A stretch of 64,000 nucleotides of DNA from a phage. The position numbers were made by a program, and so were the translations under genes. Below the pieces are notes generated by a model that was given only the letters and a program-made list of their open reading frames with translations, was not told where the DNA came from and ran no database searches. Positions 46,505 through 56,830 of this stretch are shown here, piece by piece. The stretch is from the NCBI GenBank assembly GCA_025823825.1, contig GCA_025823825.1_4720.1. One strand, given 5' to 3'. Numbering within the stretch: the first letter of the stretch is position 1; each line of letters starts with the position of its first letter.

Positions 46505-48301
46505 TCAATCGATTATGTCACGATCGTTAATTTCTACAATTTCTTCATCGAATCGACCGACGTCTTTCTTCAATCCTGCATTGGTTGCTGCAACGTCATT
46601 TGCAATTTGTGGGGTAATGATTAACCGACCACGTTCGTCGATAGGTGCGTACATACTGAACTTCTGACGTCCGGTTGGTTCGGAGTGTGGAAGATTCAGA
46701 TAGCTTGCACAGAACGGGATGGAACCACTAACCAAACGACTCTCGTCAGCCAATGCAGCACCGCCTGCGTTTTGGCTCTGGAGAACAACATGCGTGCTCA
46801 CTTTGAACAGCATGCAATCACCAGGTGACTGAATCGATGTTGCCACTTTCTCACGTTTATCACGATTGCTCTGGATATTGAGAATCGCTTCCGTTGCAAC
46901 TTGATTTCGCAACGCCTTCTGTACATCGCGATTGGTCATCTCTTTACGGTTGTTCTGTCGTTTACCACGTTCTGTGGTTTTAAGATGGAACCCCAGTTTA
47001 AAGATGCTCTTACGCACATCCTCCATGACATATTCCAACACCATCAATTCCTTACCGAACATCGTCGTGGTATCAACACGACTCATTTCGATAGTGACAT
47101 TGTCAATCAGATACGCCATAAATTCGTAGAAGTCGTCGCAAGGAATATTTTCCTGTTTGAACTTCTTCTGCTGAATCTCGTCAACGTAAAGATCGAGACT
47201 GTCGATGTGGTGGTTTACATCACGCAACAAACGTGCATCCGCGTTGTTGTTATTAAAGATAATCAAACCGAGTAATGTACGCCAATGGTCTGGCGCATTC
47301 GCGAACTCCTCAACCGGATAGTCTTCCGGAAAACGATCGTAATAACGGTCGATGAGATACAAGAATGCACCGACAAGGCCAAGAACAATACGTTCCGTGC
47401 CTCCACGTCTTACAGCAATTTGAATATCAGGATGTTTGTAACGTACAGCGCTAGCGCTACGGCTTTTACCGCTTTTGCTGATACTAAAACCTTTAGGAAT
47501 AACCCCCATGGTGCGATAGATTACCCATTGGTCACGCGGAAAATCACGTTCAGCAAGGTTCCGTCCGGTTACGGCTTCGACACCTGCAAAACGTCGGAAA
47601 CACTCACCCACACCGTACTTCGCAAAGAGATAGTGACCCAGTGTGGTTACGCTGGTGTGGTTGATGTTGTCACCGTTCACTTTACTTTGTTTGGTAAGAT
47701 GATAGATTTGTGACCAGGGTAATGACAGGTAATGACGATAATCGATACCGGTCGGTGTATCATTGCTCAGGAACTGATACGGCGTACGTTTAACCGTGAT
47801 TTTATCACGCGGAAGCATGATGAACGCCATGTCTTTCGTGTAACTGATTACGGGGTCAGCGAGTACCGCACTGAGAATGAAGTTCGCACCACGTAGACGC
47901 ATTTTACCACCCTGACCTACCGCGGGTAATAGGAGAGGATGTCGGATAATGCAGTAGTCCTTTCCTGGTTCACGACGGTCACCTGATTCCATCGCGCCGT
48001 ACCAGCGGAATTCCAGCATCACCATAAACACATCGGAAGGCGCAAGGTCGAAGGTCAGCTTACCGCTATCCTTCCCTTTGGTTTTCTTTCCTCCGCTTAA
48101 GTAGTGGAACTGTTCGCGGGCCATACAACGACGCAGGCCATGATACACCAGATCCTTAGGTAAACTATCTTTGCTGTTCCGCCAAAGACGATCAACATAG
48201 GACTCAACATCTTGCATCTTATCGACGACGATGTTGCGTGCTATCTTCTCGTTCATCTTCGGTGCAAGCTCAGCGACAGCTTTGCAGAATCTAGGATCCA
48301 T
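46505..48301 (-). CDS. hypothetical protein (598 aa)
   Basis: Track ORF starts at GTG 48304; the ATG at 48301 has AAGGAG 6 nt upstream. Confidence 0.6.
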   Translation of the reverse strand: MDPRFCKAVAELAPKMNEKIARNIVVDKMQDVESYVDRLWRNSKDSLPKDLVYHGLRRCMAREQFHYLSGGKKTKGKDSGKLTFDLAPSDVFMVMLEFRWYGAMESGDRREPGKDYCIIRHPLLLPAVGQGGKMRLRGANFILSAVLADPVISYTKDMAFIMLPRDKITVKRTPYQFLSNDTPTGIDYRHYLSLPWSQIYHLTKQSKVNGDNINHTSVTTLGHYLFAKYGVGECFRRFAGVEAVTGRNLAERDFPRDQWVIYRTMGVIPKGFSISKSGKSRSASAVRYKHPDIQIAVRRGGTERIVLGLVGAFLYLIDRYYDRFPEDYPVEEFANAPDHWRTLLGLIIFNNNNADARLLRDVNHHIDSLDLYVDEIQQKKFKQENIPCDDFYEFMAYLIDNVTIEMSRVDTTTMFGKELMVLEYVMEDVRKSIFKLGFHLKTTERGKRQNNRKEMTNRDVQKALRNQVATEAILNIQSNRDKREKVATSIQSPGDCMLFKVSTHVVLQSQNAGGAALADESRLVSGSIPFCASYLNLPHSEPTGRQKFSMYAPIDERGRLIITPQIANDVAATNAGLKKDVGRFDEEIVEINDRDIID

Positions 48302-48340
48302 CACACACTCCTTTCAGAAAGTTGCTTAAGCAGATTAAAG

Positions 48341-49777
48341 TTACTTTTTCGATGACGCCTTCTCAAGAATCTTGAAAAAGGTCATACCTATACCGACAAC
48401 AGCCGCGGTTATGCTTGCAGCGGCTTTCCAAACATCGACGTTACGTTGACGTCGCGCTTCTTCCGCTTCACGTTGTCTTTTTGCCTCTTCATCACGTCGA
48501 CGTATCTCAGCAGCAAACTCGTCGTGCTTACGTTTGGATTCTTCGTCTCGACGACGAAGTTCAGCGACGAATTCTTCATGTTTGCGTTTAGCCTCGTCAT
48601 CACGACGTTTTAAATCAGCTTGATAATCTTCATGTATTTGTCTACGTAGATCATCTTGACGTTTCATTTCGGCTTGGTGTTGTTCCATCCTACGTTTTTG
48701 TTCGTCTTTAAGCTGATCGAGTTCGGCTTTATGTTGTTCATCACGCAGCTTTGCATCAGCGCGATGCGCCTCATGCATCTGTGCGATAACTGCCTTGTGT
48801 TCATCCGCCATACGTCGCATTTCAGCCATCACCCCTTTAAGGGTTTCTTCTGATGCCTTACGTTCGTAGCTACGCTGGTCGAAATCATTTTTGTAGGCTT
48901 CTTTTTGGATGGGGTCGCGCCAATGCAATGCCGACTCACGTGTCGGAAAAACATTGTACTTCCACATCTCTTTTTCCAAATCTTCGACCGGTACGAAGAT
49001 GGAGTCATTATTCCCGAAGGTAACCAACATACCTGGCGCGCCTGCTCCATTCGTTGGTTTTATTTCGAACGCTTTCCCCAACACGTTAACCCATAAGCTA
49101 TACGGATTATGAAAGTCGGGCGGCGTCCAATGGATAGTGAGTTGTGTTCCGAGAATCCGGAAACCCTCTGTTTTTCCCGTCAAGCTCCGCGCGCACGTTG
49201 CGATGTAGGGGTGATCAATCCCTTTCGTAACGTGGTCTGCGCTTTTGTATTCTCCTTTAACTTTTACGATTGCCACGTTGATTTGCGCGACATAAGCAGG
49301 TTGATTAAAGTTCAACGTGTTGAGGTCAATTTGACATATTTCATCCAGCGTATCGTACCAGTCTTGCTGGTCTAATAGACGCGGCATTTTCTCTGTGTTA
49401 ACAATACGACGGATATGCGGTTTCCTTATCGCATAACCTGTGCCGTTTTTAACACGGAGTATATCCCGACGTCTACCCGCGTAGACGAAGTTTCTGAATG
49501 CACCATTCGCATTAGATACGTCATGGCTGTCAACTATTACAGGACTACGAAATTTTGAACGTCGTACGATCCTGAATGTATTGCCGTCCTCAACCCTACC
49601 AGGAATGTACTGGAACATATTGTCGGAGGTGATAACCAACACGGTATGGCCAGATTCGTTAATACATGCCCATCCTAATTCCAGGTCATATAACGGTTCA
49701 GCATAACCGTCAATGCGATAAGCGTGCGTACCATCCCACGGTTCGAACGCGGTATCACATATTGGCATGGAGGGCAT
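48341..49777 (-). CDS. tail-anchored protein with long Glu/Arg/Lys-rich helix (478 aa)
   Basis: ATG at 49777 with GGAGG 6 nt upstream; about 120 aa of ...RRDEEAKRKHEEFVAELRRRDEESKRKHDEF...; then a C-terminal hydrophobic segment AAASITAAVVGIGMTFF. Confidence 0.6.
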   Translation of the reverse strand: MPSMPICDTAFEPWDGTHAYRIDGYAEPLYDLELGWACINESGHTVLVITSDNMFQYIPGRVEDGNTFRIVRRSKFRSPVIVDSHDVSNANGAFRNFVYAGRRRDILRVKNGTGYAIRKPHIRRIVNTEKMPRLLDQQDWYDTLDEICQIDLNTLNFNQPAYVAQINVAIVKVKGEYKSADHVTKGIDHPYIATCARSLTGKTEGFRILGTQLTIHWTPPDFHNPYSLWVNVLGKAFEIKPTNGAGAPGMLVTFGNNDSIFVPVEDLEKEMWKYNVFPTRESALHWRDPIQKEAYKNDFDQRSYERKASEETLKGVMAEMRRMADEHKAVIAQMHEAHRADAKLRDEQHKAELDQLKDEQKRRMEQHQAEMKRQDDLRRQIHEDYQADLKRRDDEAKRKHEEFVAELRRRDEESKRKHDEFAAEIRRRDEEAKRQREAEEARRQRNVDVWKAAASITAAVVGIGMTFFKILEKASSKK

Positions 49778-49927
49778 CGTCAACCTCCATCAGATTGAAA
49801 ACTATCACGCATAATACATTTCCCTTTTTCTTGTTCTTATCAAGCCGACAGCCGACGGTTTCAGCATCGTTCCTAGCGCGAGAACGACCTTACGTGTTGT
49901 CTATGCCTTATTCATCGCAGGCGTCTG

Positions 49928-49952
49928 TCACCTAGGTAATGTAAGCGTCAAA
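49928..49952 (-). promoter_or_regulatory. degenerate copy of the promoter-like motif
   Basis: Minus-strand reading TTTGACGCTTACATTACCTAGGTGA matches the consensus at 19 of 25 positions, about 150 nt upstream of the start of 48341..49777. Confidence 0.35.
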
Positions 49953-49986
49953 TTTTTTCTATTCGCAACGATAAACGGCATAGAAA

Positions 49987-50016
49987 CCTCCCCCAACCCT
50001 TACGGGCTGAGGGAGG
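49987..50016. terminator. conserved CCTCC/GGAGG hairpin element (family member 7)
   Basis: CCTCCCCC-AACCC-TTACGGGCTGA-GGGAGG, downstream of the 740-aa gene; on the minus strand it is followed by TTTCTATGCCGTTTATCG. Confidence 0.55.
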
Positions 50017-50115
50017 CTGACTTATGTATCACGGTGCCGGATGAATGTCCGGTGCAATGAAACCATCCGCAACGTTGTCGTCAAGAATATCATCCAACGA
50101 AGCAGCTACGGTAGT

Positions 50116-52338
50116 TCAGTTAGTCTGAACCGGCAGCTTGATGTTTTCGGTGTAGACCTTACGCAGGTTCACAACGTTAATCAGACCCAGCAGCGGGCAG
50201 TTGTTAACGAAGCGGCAGCGCGGCTGAACCATGGTTTCTTTAGAAACCTGACCGTTACGGGTAACCTGAGCAACAGATACCAGTTCCGGTACATACAGGA
50301 ACATACCGAAGGTCAGCGGATCCGGAGAACCCTGGATACCACGAGACAGGGTCACGAAGATCTTATCGCGCAGCATGACGTTCGGGTTATCTACAACCAC
50401 GAAGTTGAAGCTTACACCAACGGTACGGAAATCGCCATCGGTCTGCAGGAACTGCGGGATGTAGTTGTCAGTTGCTACTACGCAACGCGGTTTCTCATCA
50501 GCGTTGGAAGACAGCAGCTGCAGAGCTGGCTGATAACCAGACTCGGAGTACATGCGGTATGCCATCTCACGAATCACGTTCATGATCGCAGCAGACACTT
50601 CAGCACGACGTTCTGCAGTGGTGGTACCCTGAACAGATTTCTCCAGGTCCAGATTGATTTCTTCGAACCACGGACGGATCAGGTAACGACCGAAACCTTC
50701 GATCTGGATGTCACCGAACTGACGGAAGCGAGAGGTCGCAACCGCTTTCAGTGCGTCTTTGTAGCTGAACAGTTTCTCAACCATCAGGTTGTCGAAACGT
50801 GCGTTAGCAGCTTGGATCAGAACGTCCAGGTCAGCAGCGTTTTCTTCCCAATCCAGCGGACGAGGAATGGAGAACGGAGCCAGCAGGCCGATTGCGTAAC
50901 GTTCTTGCTTCATGTTGAAGTCAAGGTGCTTACCGCGCTCACGACGGTTGCTGTTGTTACGGCGGATACGCAGTTCGTAACCAACCAGTTTGAAGCTCAG
51001 GTCTTCAGCCAGTTGTTTGAACTCTTCGCTCTTACGCGGTTGTTCGATGTTGTCCTGATCAACCAGGCGATACAGTTCAGCGTTAGCGCCGTTAACACGC
51101 AGACCCGCTTTCTCTACGTTGGAAGAACCGTAAACTTCGATCGCCAGCTGAGCAGCGGATTTCGCATCGATGATGTCCTGCAGCGCTTCAGCTTTCGCAC
51201 CTTTAACGTCTTTGGTGTTCTCATCAACGAAGATGGAGTGGGTGTCGAACGCCAGGGTCATTTTGCGGAAGTCGCCTTCCAGGGATTTCTGGAAACCGTT
51301 GGTGATCAGACCAGATACGTCGAACGGTACGTAAGAGGTTTTGCTGTGCTTGGTAGATTTGATTTCTACCAGGATTTTGGTCAGCGTGATCTGGGCGTCC
51401 AGCGCGTCGGTGTTGTCGCTGTAACCGTTAGCCAGAATGCTGTCGTCTTCAGCGATACCGATCATGTCGATCAGTTTATCAACAGCCAGGTAAGACGTTT
51501 TATAAGTTACGCCTTTAATTTCGATGTCGCGCGGAGCAACGATCGTTTTATCAACGAAGTACTGCGCGTTGGCATCGTCAGCACGATAGATCGGATGCAG
51601 ATCGGTCACGTCGTTGGACAGAACGTCGTTGTACATGAACGCATCCAGCAGCGGACGACGTACCCAATCAGCCGGAGTACCGTCAGCGTTACGACGCAGG
51701 TGGTTGAACACCAGCGGGCGACGGAAAGATACGTCGTAACCGATCTGGTTCGGAGCCAGAACGATGGTGTTATACAGTTCGTTACCCATGCGGCTCAGAC
51801 GAGAAGCCTTCACGTTGAACACAACGGAGTACGGCATCATGTCACGCAGTTCTTTCTGGTCGTAGGACAGCTGAACCAGTTCTTCAGATTCGCAACCGCA
51901 GGAATCAGCAGCCATCATGACGAAGTTAGAGCTGTCAACTTCACGACCTGACGGAGTGGTGCTGATGTTCATGGAACGTGCTTGTTTAGCATATTCTACC
52001 GGGTTACCATGAGCCAGCATGATCAGTGCTGCTGCACGAGCCTGCTGTGCGTTCATGGTGAACAGCTGTTCTTCAATACGCTGCTTCTCTTCCGGAGTGG
52101 TGGTTTCGAAGCCCAGCATGGACAGAACCGGTTCTTCGGCTTTACGGATGTCGCTGCTGAAGCTCTTAACATCCATTTCGTTAACCAGTTTGTCCATGGA
52201 TTTGAAATCAACCTTAGAAGCAGATTCCATAGACAGGAAGGTGTTCTCCAGACCTTTGTCTGCTGGTTTGCTACCATTAGCGGTCAGGAACTGGCGAGTG
52301 GCCGCGACCTGTTGGCTAAGAAGGGTTTTATCATTCAT
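50116..52338 (-). CDS. putative major capsid protein (740 aa)
   Basis: The strongest codon optimisation in the window (CTG, CGT, GGT, ACC, GTT, TCT, CCG); AAGGA Shine-Dalgarno; terminator downstream; size is in the range I recall for phiKZ-type major capsid proteins. Assignment is by inference, without a homology search. Confidence 0.5.
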   Translation of the reverse strand: MNDKTLLSQQVAATRQFLTANGSKPADKGLENTFLSMESASKVDFKSMDKLVNEMDVKSFSSDIRKAEEPVLSMLGFETTTPEEKQRIEEQLFTMNAQQARAAALIMLAHGNPVEYAKQARSMNISTTPSGREVDSSNFVMMAADSCGCESEELVQLSYDQKELRDMMPYSVVFNVKASRLSRMGNELYNTIVLAPNQIGYDVSFRRPLVFNHLRRNADGTPADWVRRPLLDAFMYNDVLSNDVTDLHPIYRADDANAQYFVDKTIVAPRDIEIKGVTYKTSYLAVDKLIDMIGIAEDDSILANGYSDNTDALDAQITLTKILVEIKSTKHSKTSYVPFDVSGLITNGFQKSLEGDFRKMTLAFDTHSIFVDENTKDVKGAKAEALQDIIDAKSAAQLAIEVYGSSNVEKAGLRVNGANAELYRLVDQDNIEQPRKSEEFKQLAEDLSFKLVGYELRIRRNNSNRRERGKHLDFNMKQERYAIGLLAPFSIPRPLDWEENAADLDVLIQAANARFDNLMVEKLFSYKDALKAVATSRFRQFGDIQIEGFGRYLIRPWFEEINLDLEKSVQGTTTAERRAEVSAAIMNVIREMAYRMYSESGYQPALQLLSSNADEKPRCVVATDNYIPQFLQTDGDFRTVGVSFNFVVVDNPNVMLRDKIFVTLSRGIQGSPDPLTFGMFLYVPELVSVAQVTRNGQVSKETMVQPRCRFVNNCPLLGLINVVNLRKVYTENIKLPVQTN

Positions 52339-52487
52339 TGAAAGTATCCTTTACAGAATTAACTTATATAAGTCGGTCGATAGACCATAGCGTACACGCG
52401 TGCATGCGCCACTATAGTATCAGTAAACACTTACCGTTATTGAGGTCGTGATACAACACTAAAAATGCCGCATAACTTTTCCCTACG

Positions 52488-53108
52488 TCATAAACGACGC
52501 AGGCGATAATGGATGGAACGATTGGTGCAATATGAACGGAACAGCGGCAATTGCGCAACTTCCGCAAGACTCATATTAATTCGCAGGTGTTCAATAACGG
52601 CGCTGTAGTTATCAGCAATACGATCGCTCAATAACTCTTCTGCCAATAAAGGAAGACAATCGACAACAATCGCGATCACATCCTCATTAACATAACGCAC
52701 CCGAACACTCAACGGACGTTTGTCTGGGCTGTAAGTTGGATCCGCCAAACGTCGTTCAATATCACGCGGATAGCTCGTCAGTAAATGGTAATAACCATTG
52801 TCATAACGATTGATGTACTCGCACAGCACATCAACATTCTTCTCTGGCGGCAAACCTGTTTCGTCATAGTGATACGCAAACATACCACCAAGCAGGTTGT
52901 TAAGATGAACTGCAGGGTTCGCTTGTTCGTGTTCTTTCGTGATGAAGAAAGGCACGTTTTGAGCTGCGAAATAAAAACCTACATCATTGGGCGATAGTAT
53001 GCCGAAAAGACTTTTAGGATCTAATAACACCTGTAAGTCATCACGCGCATTTCGAATGATCGCGTGTTCTACCCAATTCGGAACGACGAGATATCGGAGT
53101 TCCTTCAT
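52488..53108 (-). CDS. hypothetical protein (206 aa)
   Basis: Track ORF, divergent from 53148..54758. Confidence 0.55.
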   Translation of the reverse strand: MKELRYLVVPNWVEHAIIRNARDDLQVLLDPKSLFGILSPNDVGFYFAAQNVPFFITKEHEQANPAVHLNNLLGGMFAYHYDETGLPPEKNVDVLCEYINRYDNGYYHLLTSYPRDIERRLADPTYSPDKRPLSVRVRYVNEDVIAIVVDCLPLLAEELLSDRIADNYSAVIEHLRINMSLAEVAQLPLFRSYCTNRSIHYRLRRL

Positions 53109-53147
53109 TATGATTACCTCTTTGCAAGTATCGAAAGGATTGAGTCG

Positions 53148-54758
53148 ATGGACCCAAAACAGATAGCCATTAAGATTATTACGTTACTGTTTCGTAATGC
53201 ACAATTGAACCATCCCGATCCCAGTACGATCGAACATGTTAAATCCGTCTTAGATAAAGTCGAACCCCCGAAAAACCATCTCGCTACAGACGTAGATAGA
53301 GAGGTTTTCAGCAACCTGATGAACACCATTCATTGGATGCTGGAACAACCGTTATCGGAACCTTTCGATAAACAACAGTTGTTACAAAGGATACGTTTAG
53401 ATTGCCTTGAACAAAGCAATCTTTACGAGATTCTTGCCGACGGACTGTACGATATCGAAGACGACGCTCATATCAGTAAGGTCTGTTCGCTCTATTACAA
53501 TGAATTACGTAATCTGATTACTCGTCGTCGTGTTTTCGAAACCTTTAGAAACACGTACATGGATATCAGTAACGGGCGACTTGGGGATAAAGAATTTTTC
53601 GATGCGATGGCGAATTTGAAATTATCGCTAGACAGTATCGAAATGGATACCGAAAATCCCGAAGAGATGTCGTGTATGATTGACGGCTTTATCGCTGACA
53701 GCGAAGACGATATCGAGAAAGTTGAACGTATGTTCGTCAAAGCGATGGAACGTAACAGTCCTGAAGGTGGATTTGTAACCGGCTGGCAAGGCTTTAATAA
53801 AATGTTGGGGTCGGTCGGTGTTTTACGTCGCGGTACCTTAGGACTGATTGGTGCAATGCAGCACCGGAACAAGTCAGGTGTGTTGTTAAAACTGTTCACG
53901 CATCTGGCATTGTACAATAAACCCCATTTCTTTTTTCCGGAGCGAGCAAAGAAAGCACTACTGATTCACTTGTCAACAGAAAACGAAGTAGAAGAAAACA
54001 CGCTTCAGATATACAAGAACATGCGAGAACAGGAAACAGGCGAATATGTCGATATTCGTAAGATTGACCCTCGCGAGGCATCACGTTATGTGTTGAAGGT
54101 GTTCAACGATGCGGGTTTCTCTGTTTGTATGCGTCGTGTTGATGGGATGAGTTATAAACAACTCGCTAATCTCATCGACCATTTCGAACGCATGGGTTAT
54201 GAAGTCATGGCGTTGTTCATTGACTATCTGAAAATGTTCTCATCGGAAGGGTTGGATAGAAATGGACCGACCGGCGCATGGCTCCAAGAACTCTTCAACA
54301 AAGTACGTAACCTCTGCAGCGTTAAACGTATTTTAGGTATGACCGTACACCAGCTGTCATCTGATGCGAAGATGCGTGCGCGTGATGGCAACGATGAAGA
54401 GTTCGTTGACCAAGTCGCGGGTTTAAGTTACTGGGATGGTTGTAAAGGGATTGACCGTGAGATTGACCTCGAAGTGATTGTTGATATCGTTAAGGAACCG
54501 GGCAAACGTCAAAGCTGGCAAGTCTTTGCGTTAGGGAAAGACCGTCAACCGGATAACGGCTCAACGAAACCTGAAGACAAACACTTCGCGATGCCATTCC
54601 AAACCATCGGGATGCTTCCTGATGATTACGGTAAGAAAGCAGTGTATTGCCGCAAGGTTGGCGGACAACCTGTCTCCGAGGGAGGTAAAGGTCCGTGGAA
54701 CAAGTTCGATGAAAACGCAGCACCGAGTAATGAATTACAATTTGACTTAGAATTTTAA
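53148..54758 (+). CDS. hypothetical protein (536 aa)
   Basis: Track ORF 53064..54758 trimmed to the ATG at 53148 (AAGGA 10 nt upstream) to remove overlap with the divergent gene. Confidence 0.6.
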   Translation: MDPKQIAIKIITLLFRNAQLNHPDPSTIEHVKSVLDKVEPPKNHLATDVDREVFSNLMNTIHWMLEQPLSEPFDKQQLLQRIRLDCLEQSNLYEILADGLYDIEDDAHISKVCSLYYNELRNLITRRRVFETFRNTYMDISNGRLGDKEFFDAMANLKLSLDSIEMDTENPEEMSCMIDGFIADSEDDIEKVERMFVKAMERNSPEGGFVTGWQGFNKMLGSVGVLRRGTLGLIGAMQHRNKSGVLLKLFTHLALYNKPHFFFPERAKKALLIHLSTENEVEENTLQIYKNMREQETGEYVDIRKIDPREASRYVLKVFNDAGFSVCMRRVDGMSYKQLANLIDHFERMGYEVMALFIDYLKMFSSEGLDRNGPTGAWLQELFNKVRNLCSVKRILGMTVHQLSSDAKMRARDGNDEEFVDQVAGLSYWDGCKGIDREIDLEVIVDIVKEPGKRQSWQVFALGKDRQPDNGSTKPEDKHFAMPFQTIGMLPDDYGKKAVYCRKVGGQPVSEGGKGPWNKFDENAAPSNELQFDLEF

Positions 54759-54781
54759 ACACAAAAAAAGATTGTACGGTT

Positions 54782-54813
54782 CCCTCCTCCAACCCGTAAG
54801 GGAAGGAGGAGGG
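54782..54813. terminator. conserved CCTCC/GGAGG hairpin element (family member 8)
   Basis: CCCTCCTCC-AACCC-GTAA-GGGAA-GGAGGAGGG between convergent genes; T7 run on the minus strand; GGGGTTATG on the 3' flank. Confidence 0.65.
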
Positions 54814-54829
54814 GTTATGACCGCTTTGA

Positions 54830-55156
54830 TTAACTTATTGTCGTGAATTCATTAGGTGAAAATTTCCAGCCGTTCTCAGTGAGAAGCGTGTTGAGTTTCG
54901 CTGCAACGATAAGCCATGCATGCATGGCCGTTACATCGTATTGGCGATTCACTCGACGTTGGTTTTCGATATTGATTTGCTCCTGTTCGGTGATGTTTGG
55001 ATAAAGTGCGATAGCGCTAGGTTTACCCAGCGCGCTAGTCATCACCGCCGTACATTCACTGATAATGTTGTTTAAGTGGTAGTTATACACCGTTCCACGC
55101 ATGACGCGATGACGGCATTCGATAATAGCGTCGTAAATGATTTCTCGAGTAATCAT
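54830..55156 (-). CDS. hypothetical protein (108 aa)
   Basis: Track ORF; last gene of the operon behind the promoter-like motif at 58.6 kb. Confidence 0.5.
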   Translation of the reverse strand: MITREIIYDAIIECRHRVMRGTVYNYHLNNIISECTAVMTSALGKPSAIALYPNITEQEQINIENQRRVNRQYDVTAMHAWLIVAAKLNTLLTENGWKFSPNEFTTIS

Positions 55157-55162
55157 GATAAT

Positions 55163-55564
55163 TTAAAACATACGGTCGTTTTTAGCACGGGCGTCCATTA
55201 CCAGATCGTAGATGCCTGCGGTTCGTAAGCACTCTTCGTAGTAACGATGTGTGCCTTCCTCAGCCATCCACGATAACCCTCGGCTATCCGCAACGATAAC
55301 CAGTTTGTTATTGTTGAACGCACACACCACACGGTAGGTCGCGTTGTTATTCGGATCGCGAGTGATAAGTTCGTAAACGCCGTTAACAGGTTTACTGAAT
55401 TCACCGTTTAACGGGATGAGTTCGGTAGTACCTTCAGCAAACGTTACGTTGATCGGTGATGGATCTTTGGCGATAACAGTATATTCCACATTGTGTTCTT
55501 TACTGGTCATGATACCGAAGTAAGAACTGACAGGGGAACGCGGTACACTAAGAATATTAAACAT
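55163..55564 (-). CDS. hypothetical protein (133 aa)
   Basis: Track ORF. Confidence 0.5.
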   Translation of the reverse strand: MFNILSVPRSPVSSYFGIMTSKEHNVEYTVIAKDPSPINVTFAEGTTELIPLNGEFSKPVNGVYELITRDPNNNATYRVVCAFNNNKLVIVADSRGLSWMAEEGTHRYYEECLRTAGIYDLVMDARAKNDRMF

Positions 55565-55633
55565 AAATGTTGTCCTCTTAATTGGATTTAGATTGTTGGG
55601 TATGTGATTGGAAATGAAAACGTTGTTTCGGTT

Positions 55634-56203
55634 TTAGACGATGAGCGACCAGGTGGTAAGCACCCCGCTTGCGAATTCGAGCTTAAGACGTTTACCGATA
55701 AGTTGTTGTTGGATCATCTTCTCGGTGATGCGTCGATCTTGCTGAACCGCTTTATCAAACGCTTCTTTTGCTTCAGCTTGGTAGAAGTTCGTTTCTTCGT
55801 TTTCGTCGATCTCTTCGAGCGTATCCTCGTCGATGTCGGCAAGTTTCACTCGACCGTTTTCATCAGGTTGTTCTGCAGGTTCATTGTCATACGGCGTGTC
55901 TTTTGTTGGTGCGACACGATGTTGCAACTCGACCTGTGTTAACATGATCTCCATCTCACCATCGATAGGAATGATTTCATCGGCGCTGCCGTTTTCGGTT
56001 AGCTCTCGACTTTCCAGTAATGTCGTGGTAACAGAGAACACCTCTTCAACAGGAACCTCGTCATCGTCGATGGTGTTAACCGTGTTGCTGGTAACTTCGG
56101 CAACGACCATCAAATCAAATGCGTGAGGGTCACCTGGCATTTTGATGCCTGGAAGTTTGTTGAGGTACCAAGGATCAAGAATCATGATTTCTGGATTAAA
56201 CAT
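55634..56203 (-). CDS. highly acidic protein (189 aa)
   Basis: Runs of Asp/Glu: DDDEVPVEEV, DNEPAEQPDENG, DIDEDTLEEIDENEETN. Confidence 0.55.
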   Translation of the reverse strand: MFNPEIMILDPWYLNKLPGIKMPGDPHAFDLMVVAEVTSNTVNTIDDDEVPVEEVFSVTTTLLESRELTENGSADEIIPIDGEMEIMLTQVELQHRVAPTKDTPYDNEPAEQPDENGRVKLADIDEDTLEEIDENEETNFYQAEAKEAFDKAVQQDRRITEKMIQQQLIGKRLKLEFASGVLTTWSLIV

Positions 56204-56272
56204 CGTATTTTACCTTTCTATGTTAGGTGGATTGCGGATAGAAGAATCAATGCATAGGTTGATCGTTCTTTG

Positions 56273-56719
56273 TTAGAAATTATTGCCGAACTGGTTATGG
56301 TTATATGGTTGGTAGTGTCCGTAATTACCTGGGAAGCCACCATACGGCACAGGCTCCGGTTTAGGGATTTCCATGGTCGGATTTTTGGAATTGATTGCCA
56401 TCACGTAAATTGTTACGGGTGATACCGCGCGATTCATTTCGACGGCCACACGACGGATGTAGCCAACGTATGCTGTTATTGCAGGCATTAGCTTGTCCCC
56501 TTCGGTAGTTATAACGGTACCATCAGAAAGAATCTCGCGAACCGCGCACCATTTACCAAGATGAACGCCTTGCTGCGGCTTTATTCCAGTAGCGATAGAG
56601 AGATAGGTATCGTACGTCGTTTGATGATTCGGATGGCTATAGATAGATTCTGCTTTGGTTTCGTCTTTTCCTAAGTATTCGCCTTGCATGGGGGTAGGAG
56701 TTGATGAAGAATGTGGCAT
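56273..56719 (-). CDS. paralog-family protein, short member (148 aa)
   Basis: Shares HP..TTYD.YL.I, W..VREI..DGT and LAIDSKNP/MAINSKNP with the next two genes. Confidence 0.6.
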   Translation of the reverse strand: MPHSSSTPTPMQGEYLGKDETKAESIYSHPNHQTTYDTYLSIATGIKPQQGVHLGKWCAVREILSDGTVITTEGDKLMPAITAYVGYIRRVAVEMNRAVSPVTIYVMAINSKNPTMEIPKPEPVPYGGFPGNYGHYQPYNHNQFGNNF

Positions 56720-56830
56720 GTTCGATTCTCCTTCGAGTTGTTTGATCGATTGTTCAACTGGTACTGATTACGATTGGTTGATAACAGTAGAGCTACCGCT
56801 TAAAAACTCTACCGTTGTTTAGATACCGTA

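Noticed and set aside
50041-51951. 636-aa plus-strand ORF
   Set aside because: Antisense to the strongly codon-optimised 740-aa gene; no Shine-Dalgarno sequence; composition typical of a reverse-frame artefact of a biased gene.
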